A stretch of DNA of 64,000 nt from a virus (taxonomy: Duplodnaviria > Caudoviricetes), in IMG/VR virus record IMGVR_UViG_2974764813_000001, positions 32,001 through 96,000 of that record. One strand, 5' to 3'. Both the position numbers and the translations under genes were made by a program. Numbering within the stretch: the first letter of the stretch is position 1; the number at the start of each line of letters is the position of its first letter. The notes under the pieces are model-generated. The model was not told where the DNA came from and did no database searches. It worked only from the letters and a program-made list of their open reading frames with translations. This document shows, in pieces, positions 29,106 to 39,530 of this stretch.

Positions 29106-30343
29106 TGGTCGGCACCCCCGTCGGCTTCTCCAGTGGCGACACCCAGCCGGTGGCGATCATGTCGGTGGACCCCGTCAACCGCCAGGCCATCGGCCTGACC
29201 CGGCGCCGCAGCGAGGTCACCATCGACCTGCGCTACCACGTCGGCGGCCTGCAGGTCACCCCCGCGGTCGGCGAGCAGTGGTTCATCGCCCAGGAGAGCA
29301 CCTTCTACTACCGGCTGATCTCCAAGATCCCGTACAACGCCGAGGAGATGAACACCGAGGCCGAAGAGGGCCAGGTGCAGGTCGGCTCGACCGGCCCGCT
29401 GGAGCTGCACGGCTCACGGGTCAACATCCGCGGCGGGGTCCTGACCCTCGGCGGCGTTGAGTACCGCAGCCGCGAAGGGGTGCTGCAGTACAACTCCGGC
29501 ACCACCGAGGACCCGCACTGGCTGCCGGTGGCGGCGCTCACCGGGCCCGACGGCGAGGCGCTGACCACCGACAACGTCGTCGAGGGCACCACCCACCTGT
29601 ACTTCACCACCGGCCGTGCCGCCGCCGCGGCCCCGGTGCAGAGCGTGGCCGGGCGCACCGGCAATGTCACGGTGACCAAGGCCGACGTCGGCCTGAGCAA
29701 CGTCGAGAACATCGCGGTCACCGCTCTGCTGGCGGCCAAGGCCGACCTCGACGGCGACGGGCGGGTGCCATCCTCGCAGCTGCCCGCCTCGGGCAACCCG
29801 GTCCGCGTCTACGACGACCTGGCCAGCTTCCCGCCCAGCGGCCTGATCGGCGTCCTCTACATCGCCGCGGACACCCGCTCGATCTACCTGTGGGACGGCG
29901 AGAGCAGCTACGAGCTCTTCTACACCCCCGGCGACGGCCCGGCCAACACCGACAGCCTGCCCGAGGGCACGTCGAACCTCTACCACACCGCCGAGCGGGC
30001 CGCCGCTGCTGCGCGCACCCCCGAGGTGCTCACTCTGGCCTCCACCGCGGCCCCGATCTACAACGTCGAGGGGATCGACCACCTGGAGATCGTCGACCTC
30101 GACACCAACATCGCCACGATGACCGCGGGCATGAGCGGCACCCCGGCGCACCGGCAGAAGCTGATGATCTGGATCCACGCGCTGTCGACCCGCTCGATCT
30201 TCTGGGGCACCGGCTTCCGCAATTCCGGGGTCGCGGCCCTGCCGACGACCGCGGTGGCCAACAAGACGATCTGCATCGGGGTGGTCTACGACGCCACCGC
30301 CGAGGTCTGGGTCTGCATGGCCGCGGACCCCGTGGGCTATTGA
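29105..30343 (+). CDS. Baseplate spike-like protein with fibre-like C-terminus
   Basis: PAVGEQW OB-like N-terminus; VQSVAGRTGNV, EGTTHLYFT/EGTSNLYHT repeats. Confidence 0.6.
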   Translation: MVGTPVGFSSGDTQPVAIMSVDPVNRQAIGLTRRRSEVTIDLRYHVGGLQVTPAVGEQWFIAQESTFYYRLISKIPYNAEEMNTEAEEGQVQVGSTGPLELHGSRVNIRGGVLTLGGVEYRSREGVLQYNSGTTEDPHWLPVAALTGPDGEALTTDNVVEGTTHLYFTTGRAAAAAPVQSVAGRTGNVTVTKADVGLSNVENIAVTALLAAKADLDGDGRVPSSQLPASGNPVRVYDDLASFPPSGLIGVLYIAADTRSIYLWDGESSYELFYTPGDGPANTDSLPEGTSNLYHTAERAAAAARTPEVLTLASTAAPIYNVEGIDHLEIVDLDTNIATMTAGMSGTPAHRQKLMIWIHALSTRSIFWGTGFRNSGVAALPTTAVANKTICIGVVYDATAEVWVCMAADPVGY

Positions 30344-30380
30344 CCGGCCCCTCCCGAGCCGTAAATAGAGAGGAGGCACC

Positions 30381-30797
30381 GTGTCGTTTTCGCTGAAAGT
30401 GTCCGGCGGGGACCTTGTTCAGGAAGGGTCCTCGCTGGCCATCGTCTCGGGTATCGAGAAGCTCAAGCAGGACCTTCAGCTGTGGGTGCTCGAGCAATGG
30501 GGCGGCGACCGCTTCCACCCCGACATGGGCTCGATCCTGCAGGACATGATCGGCGGGGTCATCAACGCCACCACCTCCCAGCGGGTCACCGCCGAGCTCG
30601 AGCGTGTCCTCGACAACTTTCAGCGTGTGCAGAAGGCCTCCCTGCTGGCCAACCCGCAGCTGTACTCGGCCGCCGAACTGCTGATGTCCATCGACGACAT
30701 CGTCGTCACCCTGTCCTACGACACCGTGGTGGCCGTGGTGAAGGTGACCAGCGCCGCCAGCCAATCCGCATCACTCACCTTCACCAAGGGGTTGTGA
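30381..30797 (+). CDS. Baseplate wedge subunit (gp25/gpW-like)
   Basis: GDRFHPDMGS motif, size, position. Confidence 0.8.
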   Translation: MSFSLKVSGGDLVQEGSSLAIVSGIEKLKQDLQLWVLEQWGGDRFHPDMGSILQDMIGGVINATTSQRVTAELERVLDNFQRVQKASLLANPQLYSAAELLMSIDDIVVTLSYDTVVAVVKVTSAASQSASLTFTKGL

Positions 30798-30798
30798 C

Positions 30799-32553
30799 AT
30801 GAGCCGTACACCGCCTGAGATCGCAGCCCGCATCGTCGCCCAGCTCGGCCTGACCGCGCCGGGCCTGGACTGCCGTCCCGGCACCATCCAGCGCAAGATC
30901 ATCGACGCCTGCGCCGAGGCGATCTCCGAGGGCCACGTCGAGCAGTACCTGGTGGCCAGCCTGCTCGACCTCGACAGCAAGGTCGGCCTGGAACTGGAGC
31001 AGTTCGTCGGCAACTTCGGTTACGGCCGCCTGCAGGGCAAGGCCGCCGAGGGCGTCGTACGCATCACGCTGAACACCGCCGCACCCCAGGACTACAGCAT
31101 CCCGCTGGGCACGCAGTTCTACACCAAGAACGGCGTCACCGGCGCCGGGCTGGCCGGTGGGCAGACGCTGTACTTCGCCTCCACCCAGGCCGTGGTGCTC
31201 ACCGCGGGCAGCCTGTCGGTGGACGTGCCGGTGCAGTGCTCCATCGTCGGCGCCGTCGGCAACGTCCCGCCGGACACGATCATCTACTTGGGCAACACCA
31301 TCGGCGCGGGCTCGGCGACCAACCTCACCGCGCTCACCGGCGGCGTCAACGTCGAATCCGACACCGAGCTGCGCCAGCGGTTCAAGGACACCTTCCTGCG
31401 CAACATCGCGGGCACTGCGGACTGGTACCGCGCGATCTGCCTGCAGAACAACCGCGTCTCGCGGGTCGCGGTGTACGGGCCGACCACGCTGTACCGCACC
31501 CAGATCGCCGCCCCGGCGGCCACCGCGGCGCTGTCGCTGAACCAGGACGTCAAATACGTCTGGCCCGACATGCACTCGTGCTTCACCAACCTCGGCCAGG
31601 AAGACCAGGTCTTCTACTCGCCGACCTACGACTACACCCTCACCTCGGGTGCCTCGCCGGTGTTCACCCGCGTGTCCACCGGCGAGATCGAGACCGGCGA
31701 CATCGTCGACCTGGAGTTCCAGTACGTCACCCGGTGCAGCCGCAACGACCCGGTCAACGACATCACCAACAAGGTCGACGTGTTCGTCGACGGCGTCGAG
31801 TCGCACTCGGTCACCGAGAAGACCGTCGTCAGCGCCGCCGCGCTGTCGGCGACGAGCACCAACCCGCTCTACACCGGCAACTTCGTGCGCATCGGCTCCA
31901 CCGGCTCGCCGTCGGCGGGCAACCGCTTCATGCGGCTGGGCTCGGTGCCGGTGGTGACCTTCCCGGCCACCATCACCGTGGACGGCGTCGTGTTCACCCA
32001 GGGCGTGCACTACCACCTGGTGCGCGACACCACACTGCGCGCGGGCAGCCCGCAAGAGGTCTCCGGCATCGAGTGGGAGGACGAGGGCCCGGCCAACGGC
32101 ACCGAACTGACGCTGAGCTACGTCTACAACCAGGTCCCCGAGGTCATCTCGCACGTGATGAGCGCGACCAAGCAGGTCGGCTCCGACGTCATGGTGCACC
32201 AGGCCAAGTTCGTCTACCTGCGGCCGTGCCTGTCCATCGAGTACGAGCGGGCCTACTCGGTGCAGTCGGTCAACTCCGCAATCGACATCCAGCTCAAGGG
32301 CTTCTTCTCCAATCAGCCCTACGGCGCCCAGATGAAGCTGTCCTCGATTGCCCTGGTGGTCCAGCAGGTGCTCGGCGTGGCCAACGTCAAGGTCACCACC
32401 AGCGCCGAGGCGCCCGACGACTACGGCGTCGAGGTCTACAACAGCGCCGAGGACCCCGCCCCGGCGCAGGTCTACACCGACGACTTCAAGCTCGACGACA
32501 ACGCGCTGCCGATCTTCGTGGAGGCCACCATCCTGCGAAAGGCCACGCCATGA
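30799..32553 (+). CDS. Baseplate J-like protein
   Basis: GAVGNVPPDTI, TGGVNVESDTELRQR, GTADWY. Confidence 0.85.
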   Translation: MSRTPPEIAARIVAQLGLTAPGLDCRPGTIQRKIIDACAEAISEGHVEQYLVASLLDLDSKVGLELEQFVGNFGYGRLQGKAAEGVVRITLNTAAPQDYSIPLGTQFYTKNGVTGAGLAGGQTLYFASTQAVVLTAGSLSVDVPVQCSIVGAVGNVPPDTIIYLGNTIGAGSATNLTALTGGVNVESDTELRQRFKDTFLRNIAGTADWYRAICLQNNRVSRVAVYGPTTLYRTQIAAPAATAALSLNQDVKYVWPDMHSCFTNLGQEDQVFYSPTYDYTLTSGASPVFTRVSTGEIETGDIVDLEFQYVTRCSRNDPVNDITNKVDVFVDGVESHSVTEKTVVSAAALSATSTNPLYTGNFVRIGSTGSPSAGNRFMRLGSVPVVTFPATITVDGVVFTQGVHYHLVRDTTLRAGSPQEVSGIEWEDEGPANGTELTLSYVYNQVPEVISHVMSATKQVGSDVMVHQAKFVYLRPCLSIEYERAYSVQSVNSAIDIQLKGFFSNQPYGAQMKLSSIALVVQQVLGVANVKVTTSAEAPDDYGVEVYNSAEDPAPAQVYTDDFKLDDNALPIFVEATILRKATP

Positions 32554-32759
32554 ACGAGACCCTCAATCAGTGCAAGGATTGCGGCCATTCATCACCGCCA
32601 CGTAGCTGGTTGCGGGAGGGCAGCAACAAGTACTTCTGCACCGAAGTCACCGAAGGCACCCCGGAGTCGTACTTCCACACCCTGGCCAACAAATGGGTTG
32701 TTCGCTGCCGGTGTGAGCACTGCGAGTGCAAAGACCTCGGTCCTGGACAGGGGCACTGA
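32550..32759 (+). CDS. Small Cys-rich (zinc-finger-like) protein
   Basis: CKDCGH...CRCEHCEC; ATGA-coupled. Confidence 0.55.
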   Translation: MNETLNQCKDCGHSSPPRSWLREGSNKYFCTEVTEGTPESYFHTLANKWVVRCRCEHCECKDLGPGQGH

Positions 32760-32761
32760 TC

Positions 32762-34111
32762 ATGGCGACCCAGGCACCATTTCCGCTCATCGCGCCGCGC
32801 TCCACCGAGCTGCGCATGGCGCACTTCGACGAGCAGATCTACAAGGGCGACTCCTCGACGCTGGTCTACAAGATCGTCGACGCGCTGTGCGGCACCGTCG
32901 GCGCCGGAGCGCTCGTCAACGAGGCGCTGCTGGCCCGGCTGGGCGCCGCGCTGGAGACCATCTACTTCAACGAGCTCGACTTCATCTTCGGCAAGATGAG
33001 CTTCCTGTCGCGCTCCCCGGCCGAGAGCTACCCCTACAACCCGTCGCAGGACCTGCTCACCAGCGAGCAGTGGGACGAGGTGCGGGTCAAAGACGCCTGG
33101 TACCGCGCGCGCATCTCGGAGTTTTTCGCCGCTTGCAGTAAAGGGTCCACCCCCAACGGCATCCGCGCCTGCGTGCACGCCGCGCTGGCCGTGGACGCCG
33201 ACATCTACGAGGTGTGGCGCTACGTCGACAACTTCGGTATCACCGCCGACCTCGGCCGCGCCGAGACCTCCGCGCGCAACGAGGTCGTGGTGCGCCCGCA
33301 CAAGGACACGCTCAGCCCCGGCGAGATGCGCCTGCTGCGCGACATGCTCACCAAGATGGCCTCCATCGACACCCTGATCACGATCAAGCCCGAGGGCCTG
33401 GCCGTGCACACCCCGGTGCCGATCACCGGCGCCAGCGCCGACAGCACCTACTACGAGGTGCAGAAGATGGTCACCCCGACCCCGCTGCTCGACAACCTGC
33501 CCGCCCCGGACCTGCTGGCCATCGACCTGCTCACCACCGAGCAGTGGATGTTCTCCAAGGACCCCACGCTGGCGCCGTACGCGGCGTTCAACATCACCAG
33601 CGAGTACGGCTACTTCTACCTCGTCGGCGGCGGCACCCGCAGCCCCATCGACTCGGTCACCGCCGGAACGCTGCAGGCCGACGGCAGCGTGCGCCCGGAG
33701 GCCAACTTCGAGGTCTACGAGGAGACCGGCCAGTACACCGACTGGATCCCCTACGAGAAGGCCGACTCGCCGGACAACTACCCCGGCGGCAAATACGGCC
33801 TCACGCCGTACGAGGCCCCGGCCAAGAACCCCGACGGCTCGCCCTACACCTGGCGCTACGCCTCGCAGACGGCCTACGTGACGGCCAAGAGCGCCCAGGT
33901 CATCGCCATGGGCGGCATCGCCAACGCCGACCACTACAAGCTGCCGATCACCGCCGCCGCGCAGAACCGCCGACCGTACCTGCCCGAGTACGCCGTGGCG
34001 TTCTCCGCGCCCGCGCGTGACTCCACGGTGAGCTCGTCGCTGACCCGCCGCCGCGGTGTCACCGCCTCGCCGGAACGCCGCGACCCCGCCAACTTCGTGA
34101 GGGCCTCATGA
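32762..34111 (+). CDS. Baseplate wedge/tail protein (gpI-like position)
   Basis: DAWYRARI...GSTPNGI motif; follows baseplate J. Confidence 0.6.
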   Translation: MATQAPFPLIAPRSTELRMAHFDEQIYKGDSSTLVYKIVDALCGTVGAGALVNEALLARLGAALETIYFNELDFIFGKMSFLSRSPAESYPYNPSQDLLTSEQWDEVRVKDAWYRARISEFFAACSKGSTPNGIRACVHAALAVDADIYEVWRYVDNFGITADLGRAETSARNEVVVRPHKDTLSPGEMRLLRDMLTKMASIDTLITIKPEGLAVHTPVPITGASADSTYYEVQKMVTPTPLLDNLPAPDLLAIDLLTTEQWMFSKDPTLAPYAAFNITSEYGYFYLVGGGTRSPIDSVTAGTLQADGSVRPEANFEVYEETGQYTDWIPYEKADSPDNYPGGKYGLTPYEAPAKNPDGSPYTWRYASQTAYVTAKSAQVIAMGGIANADHYKLPITAAAQNRRPYLPEYAVAFSAPARDSTVSSSLTRRRGVTASPERRDPANFVRAS

Positions 34112-37100
34112 CGACCTACCACAACGGCCTGTACTGGGACTTCCACTGGCCACTGGCGCTGCGAGAGCTGCTGGAGGAGGCCATCGGGCGCAACAAGTCC
34201 TCGCCCAACACCCCGACGGTCAACTCCGAGCCGTCGGTGCGCCAGTGGCTATCGCAGCCGCGGCCCAACGACGACCCCACCACCGACGTCATCAGCATCA
34301 ACTTCAAGCTGCTGCTGTCGGTCAGCGAGATCACCTTCGAGGCGCTGCGGGTGCCGGTGCGCATCGAAGTGTGGTACCAGGATCGGCTCAACAACTGGCG
34401 CCAGGCGCTGGACCGCAACCACATCCCGGTGGGCCTGACGCTGACCTCGTCGTCCTCGCGCGACGCCTGGTACAAGTACCACACCACGCTCACCCCGATT
34501 GTCGCCAAGTCGGTGCAGGTGCGGTTCACCCGCGTGCCCGACCCGGCGATGGGCACCGCGCCCTACTCGGTCGGCCTGCGCAACACGCTGCTGCGCCGCA
34601 ACGTCTACGACCGCAACGACGGCCGCATGCCCTTCGAGGACGAGCAGGACGCCCTGGGCAACGTGGTGGCCAAGTACATCAAGGACTGGGACGCGCCCAA
34701 GGCCATCGACGACAACGCGATGACGTTCTGGCGCAGCGCCCCGCAGCCCGACCACCAGGCCGTGGTCAACCTGCATCTGCAGACCCGCAACTTCGACGGG
34801 TCGCCGCAGTTCATCGACACCCTGGCCATCGACCCGGTCTACACCGGCCAGAACCTCAACATCTACTACAGCAACGACGAGACGGTCGGCACCCGCAAGC
34901 TCAGCCCGATCACGCTGCCGCCGGACGAGGACGTCAACACCGAGTGGCGCTCCGGCCGCGGGCGCTGGGACATCTCCACCGGCCCCGGCGGCACCAGCTC
35001 GTACCAGTTCCCGCTGGCCATCGGCCATCTCGTCTACGACGACGTGTGGATCGGCATGGAGTGGACCCCGGACTTCTCGGCCGAAGAGGGCCCGGCGGGC
35101 AACCCGGTGCTGCTCGCGGTGACGCCGGGCACCGACCAGCAGGGCCAGTACGCGCCGAAGATCACCTACGACTCCGGCGCCGCAGAGGTCGTGCTGACCC
35201 TCAGCGACGGCACCGACAGCAAGGAGTACCGCGTCGCGCTCTCGCCGCTGTTCGTCGCAGGGGACCCGCTGCGCATCGTGGTCGGCTGGCGCTACGAGCC
35301 CGACACCGTGTTCATCAGCGTGCGCAGGCGCAACGGTGTCGAACTGGCCCGGCTGGAAGACACCGACCCGGACCTGCCCGCCTACGTCACCCTCGACGGA
35401 TCGGTCGGCTTCAGCAACTTCCGCGGCCTGTTCACCAGCCACATCATCAAGCTCGAGGACTACACCGAGGGCGCCGAGGACTACCTGACCAACCCGTCGG
35501 TCTACGTCTCGCCGGACCCGGTCGTCCCCGACAACACCGGGGCGATCCCGTCGACCACGCTGGACAACGCCGTCTACGCGGTGGACTGGACGCTGCAAAC
35601 CCACGGCTCCGGCGGCACCGACGAGAGCCACTACAACGAGAAGACCTGGACGCCGATCTGGCGGGACTACACCACCGCCAAGGGCAAACTGTACTTCCCG
35701 CAGGCGATCTCGATGAAGTATCTCAAGCTGGAGTTCACCAACCTCACCGAGGAGCCCTACCCGGTCTACGACGTCGGGGTGCAGTCCACCTACCGGGTCT
35801 ACCCGGTATCAGTGCAGCAGACCGCCACCCAGCGCCATCCCGGCCTGCTCGGCGTCGGGCTGGGCGTGCTGGAACTGGGCGCGCAGCTGCTGCTCGGCGC
35901 CGTCGGCGTGGGCGGGGTGAACTGGCTCAATCCGTCATCGGTGAGCAAGGCCGTGGACGCGATCTTCGGCCAGACCGTCTCGCCGGTCACGGTGACCACC
36001 GGCACCCCGATCACCTACTCGGAGCTGCCTGCCTCACCGACCTCGGATCTGATCGACACCACCCGCACTGAGGCGGCCAACCCGTACATCTACCGGCGCG
36101 GCAGCACCGATCCTGCTGCGCTGGCCGGGAACTCGCTCATTGAGCTGGCCGGGCAGTGGGGGCAGGCCATCGGCCACACCTCGTCGGTGATCGCCAACGC
36201 CATCGGCGACTCGTTCACCCCGCTGGTCAACTACGTGCGCAACCCGACCGCGCTGCCGGTGCAGGGCCAGGACTGGTGGCTGTTCCCCGGCGGCACGCTG
36301 GCGCTGCCCGCGGCCATCATGAACGGGCTGACCGCGGCCACCCAGGTGGTGCTGGGCCGCAAGCCCACCACCGAGACCCGCATCCGCTTCACCACCACCT
36401 CGGTGCACCGCTACGACACCCGCACGGTCACCCGCGACGCGGCGCTGGCCTACTTCGCCGGGGTGCGTGAGGTGCGGGCGCTGTCGACGACCTACATCGC
36501 CGAGCAGGACCCTCCGGCTTTCGAGTTCAGCGTCTACGACCCGGCCAAGTGGGTGCTCACCAACGTTGCGCAGCTCGACACCGGCCCGATCACCACCGCG
36601 GGCAAGGTGTACGCCGTCAAGAACCCCGGCTTCGACCTGGACCTGACCAACTGGATCGTCGACCCCGATCAGGGTTGGACCCGCGACGGCACCCAGGGCC
36701 GCTGGCACTGGGGCTCGTTGAGCGTGCAGGCCGACGGCACCGAGAAGTTCGCGCACTCCTCGCTGATCGACGTCACCCCCGGCGAGCCGGTCACCTTCTC
36801 CTGCTGGGTGCGCTGGACAGACCTGGAGGCCGAAGACGGTGAGCCGGTCATCGTGCTCGGCGGCACCACTTTCCTCGATGGCGAAGAGGTCGCCGACGTC
36901 GAGATCGCGACCATCGAATTCGAGGACTACACCGAACACGCCTACAGCTTCGATCCCGACGAGGAGCTCGAGGAGGAAGAGGAACCCACGCTGAGCTGGG
37001 TGCGCCTGACCGGCACGTGGACCCCGCCCGATGGAGTGGACCAGGTGCGGCTGCGGCCGTCGGTCACCGAGCACATGGCCGCGGGCCAGGCGTGGTTCGA

Positions 37101-37956
37101 CACCTTCGGTGGGGTCTCGGCGGTCGACGTGACCGCCACGGCCTACAAGAACTTCATCACCACCAGCACGTTCTCCAAGGTGCGGTGCAACTTCCGCGAC
37201 TCGGGCCTGGTGCGTTCGGATGCGATGTGGGCGCGCGCGGATCCGAACAACACCAACATCGACAACCTCAAGCTGGCCTACTACGTCACCACCATCCCCG
37301 ACGGCATGCCCAGCGGCACCTGGGCCGACAACTTCGGCACCTGGGCCGACGACCAGATCACCTGGGGCTCGCCGCGGGCGCTGGTGGAGATCAGCATCGA
37401 CCCCAACCGCATCTTCGACGGCCGCCGGGCCCTGAAGATGCGCCGGGTGTCCGGCGCGGGTGAGGCCGGGATCAAGATGGTCCAGCAGACCAACTTCGTC
37501 GCTGACGCGCTGGTGCGGCCCTGCGTGGTGTTCTACAAGCCGCTGGCCAACACCAACCAGATCACCCTGCGCATCCGGCGGGTCTCCGACGGCGTCTACA
37601 TCCACGAGGAGACCATCGCCAAACCCGCGGTCGGCTACTGGTACACCCACGAGGGCCAGTTCGTCGAGGTGCCGCCCGGCGACGACCAGGTCTACACCCT
37701 GGAGGTCACCACCACCGGCGACGCCGAGGACGAGCTCTACATCAACGACGCCTACTGCGAGCTGGCGCACATCCGGTACTTCATGCGGCTCGGCGGGGCG
37801 GGGGAGTTCCTGCACGACGTCACCCCGCTGCGTTACGCCGACAGCGCCCAGGTTGTCACCACCACCCCGGTCAACGAGGTGACGGTGCAGGCGGCGATCC
37901 TGAGCCCGAAGGCATTCGCCTACTCGTGCGACGTCTTGCCTGCCTACTTGAAATGA
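34108..37956 (+). CDS. Large baseplate/tail protein with carbohydrate-binding-like modules
   Basis: 1282 aa beta-rich; KNPGFDLDLTNW CBM-like start; last gene of the tail operon. Confidence 0.65.
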   Translation: MTTYHNGLYWDFHWPLALRELLEEAIGRNKSSPNTPTVNSEPSVRQWLSQPRPNDDPTTDVISINFKLLLSVSEITFEALRVPVRIEVWYQDRLNNWRQALDRNHIPVGLTLTSSSSRDAWYKYHTTLTPIVAKSVQVRFTRVPDPAMGTAPYSVGLRNTLLRRNVYDRNDGRMPFEDEQDALGNVVAKYIKDWDAPKAIDDNAMTFWRSAPQPDHQAVVNLHLQTRNFDGSPQFIDTLAIDPVYTGQNLNIYYSNDETVGTRKLSPITLPPDEDVNTEWRSGRGRWDISTGPGGTSSYQFPLAIGHLVYDDVWIGMEWTPDFSAEEGPAGNPVLLAVTPGTDQQGQYAPKITYDSGAAEVVLTLSDGTDSKEYRVALSPLFVAGDPLRIVVGWRYEPDTVFISVRRRNGVELARLEDTDPDLPAYVTLDGSVGFSNFRGLFTSHIIKLEDYTEGAEDYLTNPSVYVSPDPVVPDNTGAIPSTTLDNAVYAVDWTLQTHGSGGTDESHYNEKTWTPIWRDYTTAKGKLYFPQAISMKYLKLEFTNLTEEPYPVYDVGVQSTYRVYPVSVQQTATQRHPGLLGVGLGVLELGAQLLLGAVGVGGVNWLNPSSVSKAVDAIFGQTVSPVTVTTGTPITYSELPASPTSDLIDTTRTEAANPYIYRRGSTDPAALAGNSLIELAGQWGQAIGHTSSVIANAIGDSFTPLVNYVRNPTALPVQGQDWWLFPGGTLALPAAIMNGLTAATQVVLGRKPTTETRIRFTTTSVHRYDTRTVTRDAALAYFAGVREVRALSTTYIAEQDPPAFEFSVYDPAKWVLTNVAQLDTGPITTAGKVYAVKNPGFDLDLTNWIVDPDQGWTRDGTQGRWHWGSLSVQADGTEKFAHSSLIDVTPGEPVTFSCWVRWTDLEAEDGEPVIVLGGTTFLDGEEVADVEIATIEFEDYTEHAYSFDPDEELEEEEEPTLSWVRLTGTWTPPDGVDQVRLRPSVTEHMAAGQAWFDTFGGVSAVDVTATAYKNFITTSTFSKVRCNFRDSGLVRSDAMWARADPNNTNIDNLKLAYYVTTIPDGMPSGTWADNFGTWADDQITWGSPRALVEISIDPNRIFDGRRALKMRRVSGAGEAGIKMVQQTNFVADALVRPCVVFYKPLANTNQITLRIRRVSDGVYIHEETIAKPAVGYWYTHEGQFVEVPPGDDQVYTLEVTTTGDAEDELYINDAYCELAHIRYFMRLGGAGEFLHDVTPLRYADSAQVVTTTPVNEVTVQAAILSPKAFAYSCDVLPAYLK

Positions 37957-37984
37957 CCAGGGGTTCTAGGTGTATACTAGACAA

Positions 37985-38103
37985 ACGCTGTTACAAACGG
38001 CGTAGGCCAGCAGCCGGTTCCTGCGCATTGAGAGTCTGACCCCGTACTCAAGAAGCCGACAAACGGGGTTGGCCCGGCCGGACTACCCCCGGTCGGGCCT
38101 TTT
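37985..38103 (+). ncRNA. Putative structured small RNA (hairpin + H-type pseudoknot)
   Basis: Upstream TTGAAA-N19-TATACT, complementary helices, downstream terminator, no ORF. Confidence 0.45.
38071..38103 (+). terminator. Intrinsic terminator
   Basis: ggcccggccgg...ccggtcgggcc-tttt. Confidence 0.8.
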
Positions 38104-38134
38104 GGTATCCTGACCTGCCATTCTATACGAGTAC

Positions 38135-38163
38135 TAGACAAAGATTACCGATAGTGGTAATCT
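38135..38163 (+). promoter_or_regulatory. SigA-like promoter TAGACA-N17-TAATCT (with TGn)
   Basis: Canonical spacing, upstream of the early gene cluster. Confidence 0.65.
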
Positions 38164-38204
38164 ACTGTCATGAAGGCAGGGTCCACCGAAAGGGGCTGAG
38201 GCGA

Positions 38205-38456
38205 ATGAGCAACAGGGTCGTCCAGTGCAAGCGCTGCGGAGACGTCAACGTCGCCTGGGTCAAGTCCAAGAGGACCGGCCGGTTCTACCTGGCGATGACA
38301 GCCGGTCGGGCACGGTCCTCGGGGGAGTCGCCCCAGGTGCTGTCTCACCGGCCGCACCAGTGCGATCCCGCTCGGGTCGAGCAGTTCCAGGCCGAGATCG
38401 CCGGATACGCGGCGGCTCGCGGCGTCACCGTCGAGGAATGGTGGCAAGGCAAGTGA
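38205..38456 (+). CDS. Hypothetical zinc-ribbon-like protein
   Basis: CKRCG...HQC; GAGG RBS. Confidence 0.65.
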   Translation: MSNRVVQCKRCGDVNVAWVKSKRTGRFYLAMTAGRARSSGESPQVLSHRPHQCDPARVEQFQAEIAGYAAARGVTVEEWWQGK

Positions 38457-38482
38457 CCAAACCGATCAACAAGGAGGCGCCC

Positions 38483-38794
38483 ATGCCGAACACCACCACC
38501 AAGCGCATCGACGAGATCGTCGGCGACATCGCCAAGGCCAACGGCTGGAAGCGCAACACCACGGTCCTCGAAAGCGACGAGACCATCATCGAGACCTACG
38601 AACGCGGCGGTCAGGCCGTGCGGGTCGAGTACCAGTGGAGCGGCTCCCTGAACGACACCGGCTGGAAGATCTGCGAGATCGCCCACCGCGCGGAGGACGC
38701 CATCTACCGCCAGTGCGTCGGGTTCGACGGCGCCACCGGCCACAGCATGCTGGGCCTGGTGGTCCTGTGGCTGGCCAGCGAGGGGCGTGAGTGA
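38483..38794 (+). CDS. Hypothetical protein
   Basis: AAGGAGG RBS. Confidence 0.7.
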   Translation: MPNTTTKRIDEIVGDIAKANGWKRNTTVLESDETIIETYERGGQAVRVEYQWSGSLNDTGWKICEIAHRAEDAIYRQCVGFDGATGHSMLGLVVLWLASEGRE

Positions 38795-38798
38795 TCCG

Positions 38799-38966
38799 AT
38801 GGCGAGACCAGATCCTGATGCGATCCTGCGCGAACTTCGCGAGATGGTGTCCGACAGCGACCCAGACAGCGCCGCGCGGTCGCGACGATACTGCGAGCTG
38901 ATCGGCGAGCTCGACGACTGGTTGAGCATCGGGGGAGAGTTGCCTGCGGACTGGCAGCACAACTGA
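38799..38966 (+). CDS. Small actinophage-type protein (55 aa)
   Basis: DPDAILREL...LDDWLSIGGELPADW; read manually. Confidence 0.6.
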   Translation: MARPDPDAILRELREMVSDSDPDSAARSRRYCELIGELDDWLSIGGELPADWQHN

Positions 38967-39190
38967 TGCCCTACACCGAAGTATTGCTCGACGCCTTCGC
39001 TCCGGCGTGGCGCCTGGCCAACTGCACCAACGAGAGCGGCACCTTCCTGCGGCCCGACTACCGCGCCGCGCTCGCCGAGGTCTGGGAGGACATTGTCGCG
39101 GCCGCCGGGGCGAAGCAGAAGGCACCCGAGGCGTGGATGAACCTCAATGTGGCCATGACGAAGAACGGCCCGGCCGAGATCAGTCGGTGA
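38966..39190 (+). CDS. Hypothetical protein
   Basis: TGATG coupling. Confidence 0.55.
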   Translation: MPYTEVLLDAFAPAWRLANCTNESGTFLRPDYRAALAEVWEDIVAAAGAKQKAPEAWMNLNVAMTKNGPAEISR

Positions 39191-39530
39191 GCGCGTTGAC
39201 GGCGTCGACCCCGGCCTCGGTGAGGGTGCAGACCATGCGCTGCTTTCCGGTGCGCTCCGAACGCCGGGTGACCGGCTCGCCGTCGCGCACCACCTGGGCG
39301 ATCAGCCCGGTCTCCCGCAGGTCCGAGCACCGGCGGCGGTGGCCGTCGTCGATCAGGCTGAAGCCCGCCAGCGCCATGGCCTCCTCGTCGGTGAGTCCGT
39401 CGTCGAGCTTGAGCAGCGCCTCGGCGTAGGCACACAGCAGCGTGATGCGGATGGCCTCGCGCGCGGTGCTGTCGGACGCCGCCTCCTGACTGGTCTGCGG
39501 ATCGGTGGTACGAGCACTCAGTCCGGCCAC
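39180..39530 (-). CDS. Winged-helix-like DNA-binding protein
   Basis: ARTTDPQTSQEAA...LTDEE...RRCSDLRETGLI...RSERTGK. Confidence 0.6.
   Translation of the reverse strand: MAGLSARTTDPQTSQEAASDSTAREAIRITLLCAYAEALLKLDDGLTDEEAMALAGFSLIDDGHRRRCSDLRETGLIAQVVRDGEPVTRRSERTGKQRMVCTLTEAGVDAVNALTD

Noticed and set aside
19526-37956. Tailocin/eCIS/T6SS interpretation of the sheath-baseplate cluster
   Set aside because: Capsid, protease and full replication genes are present, so it is a phage
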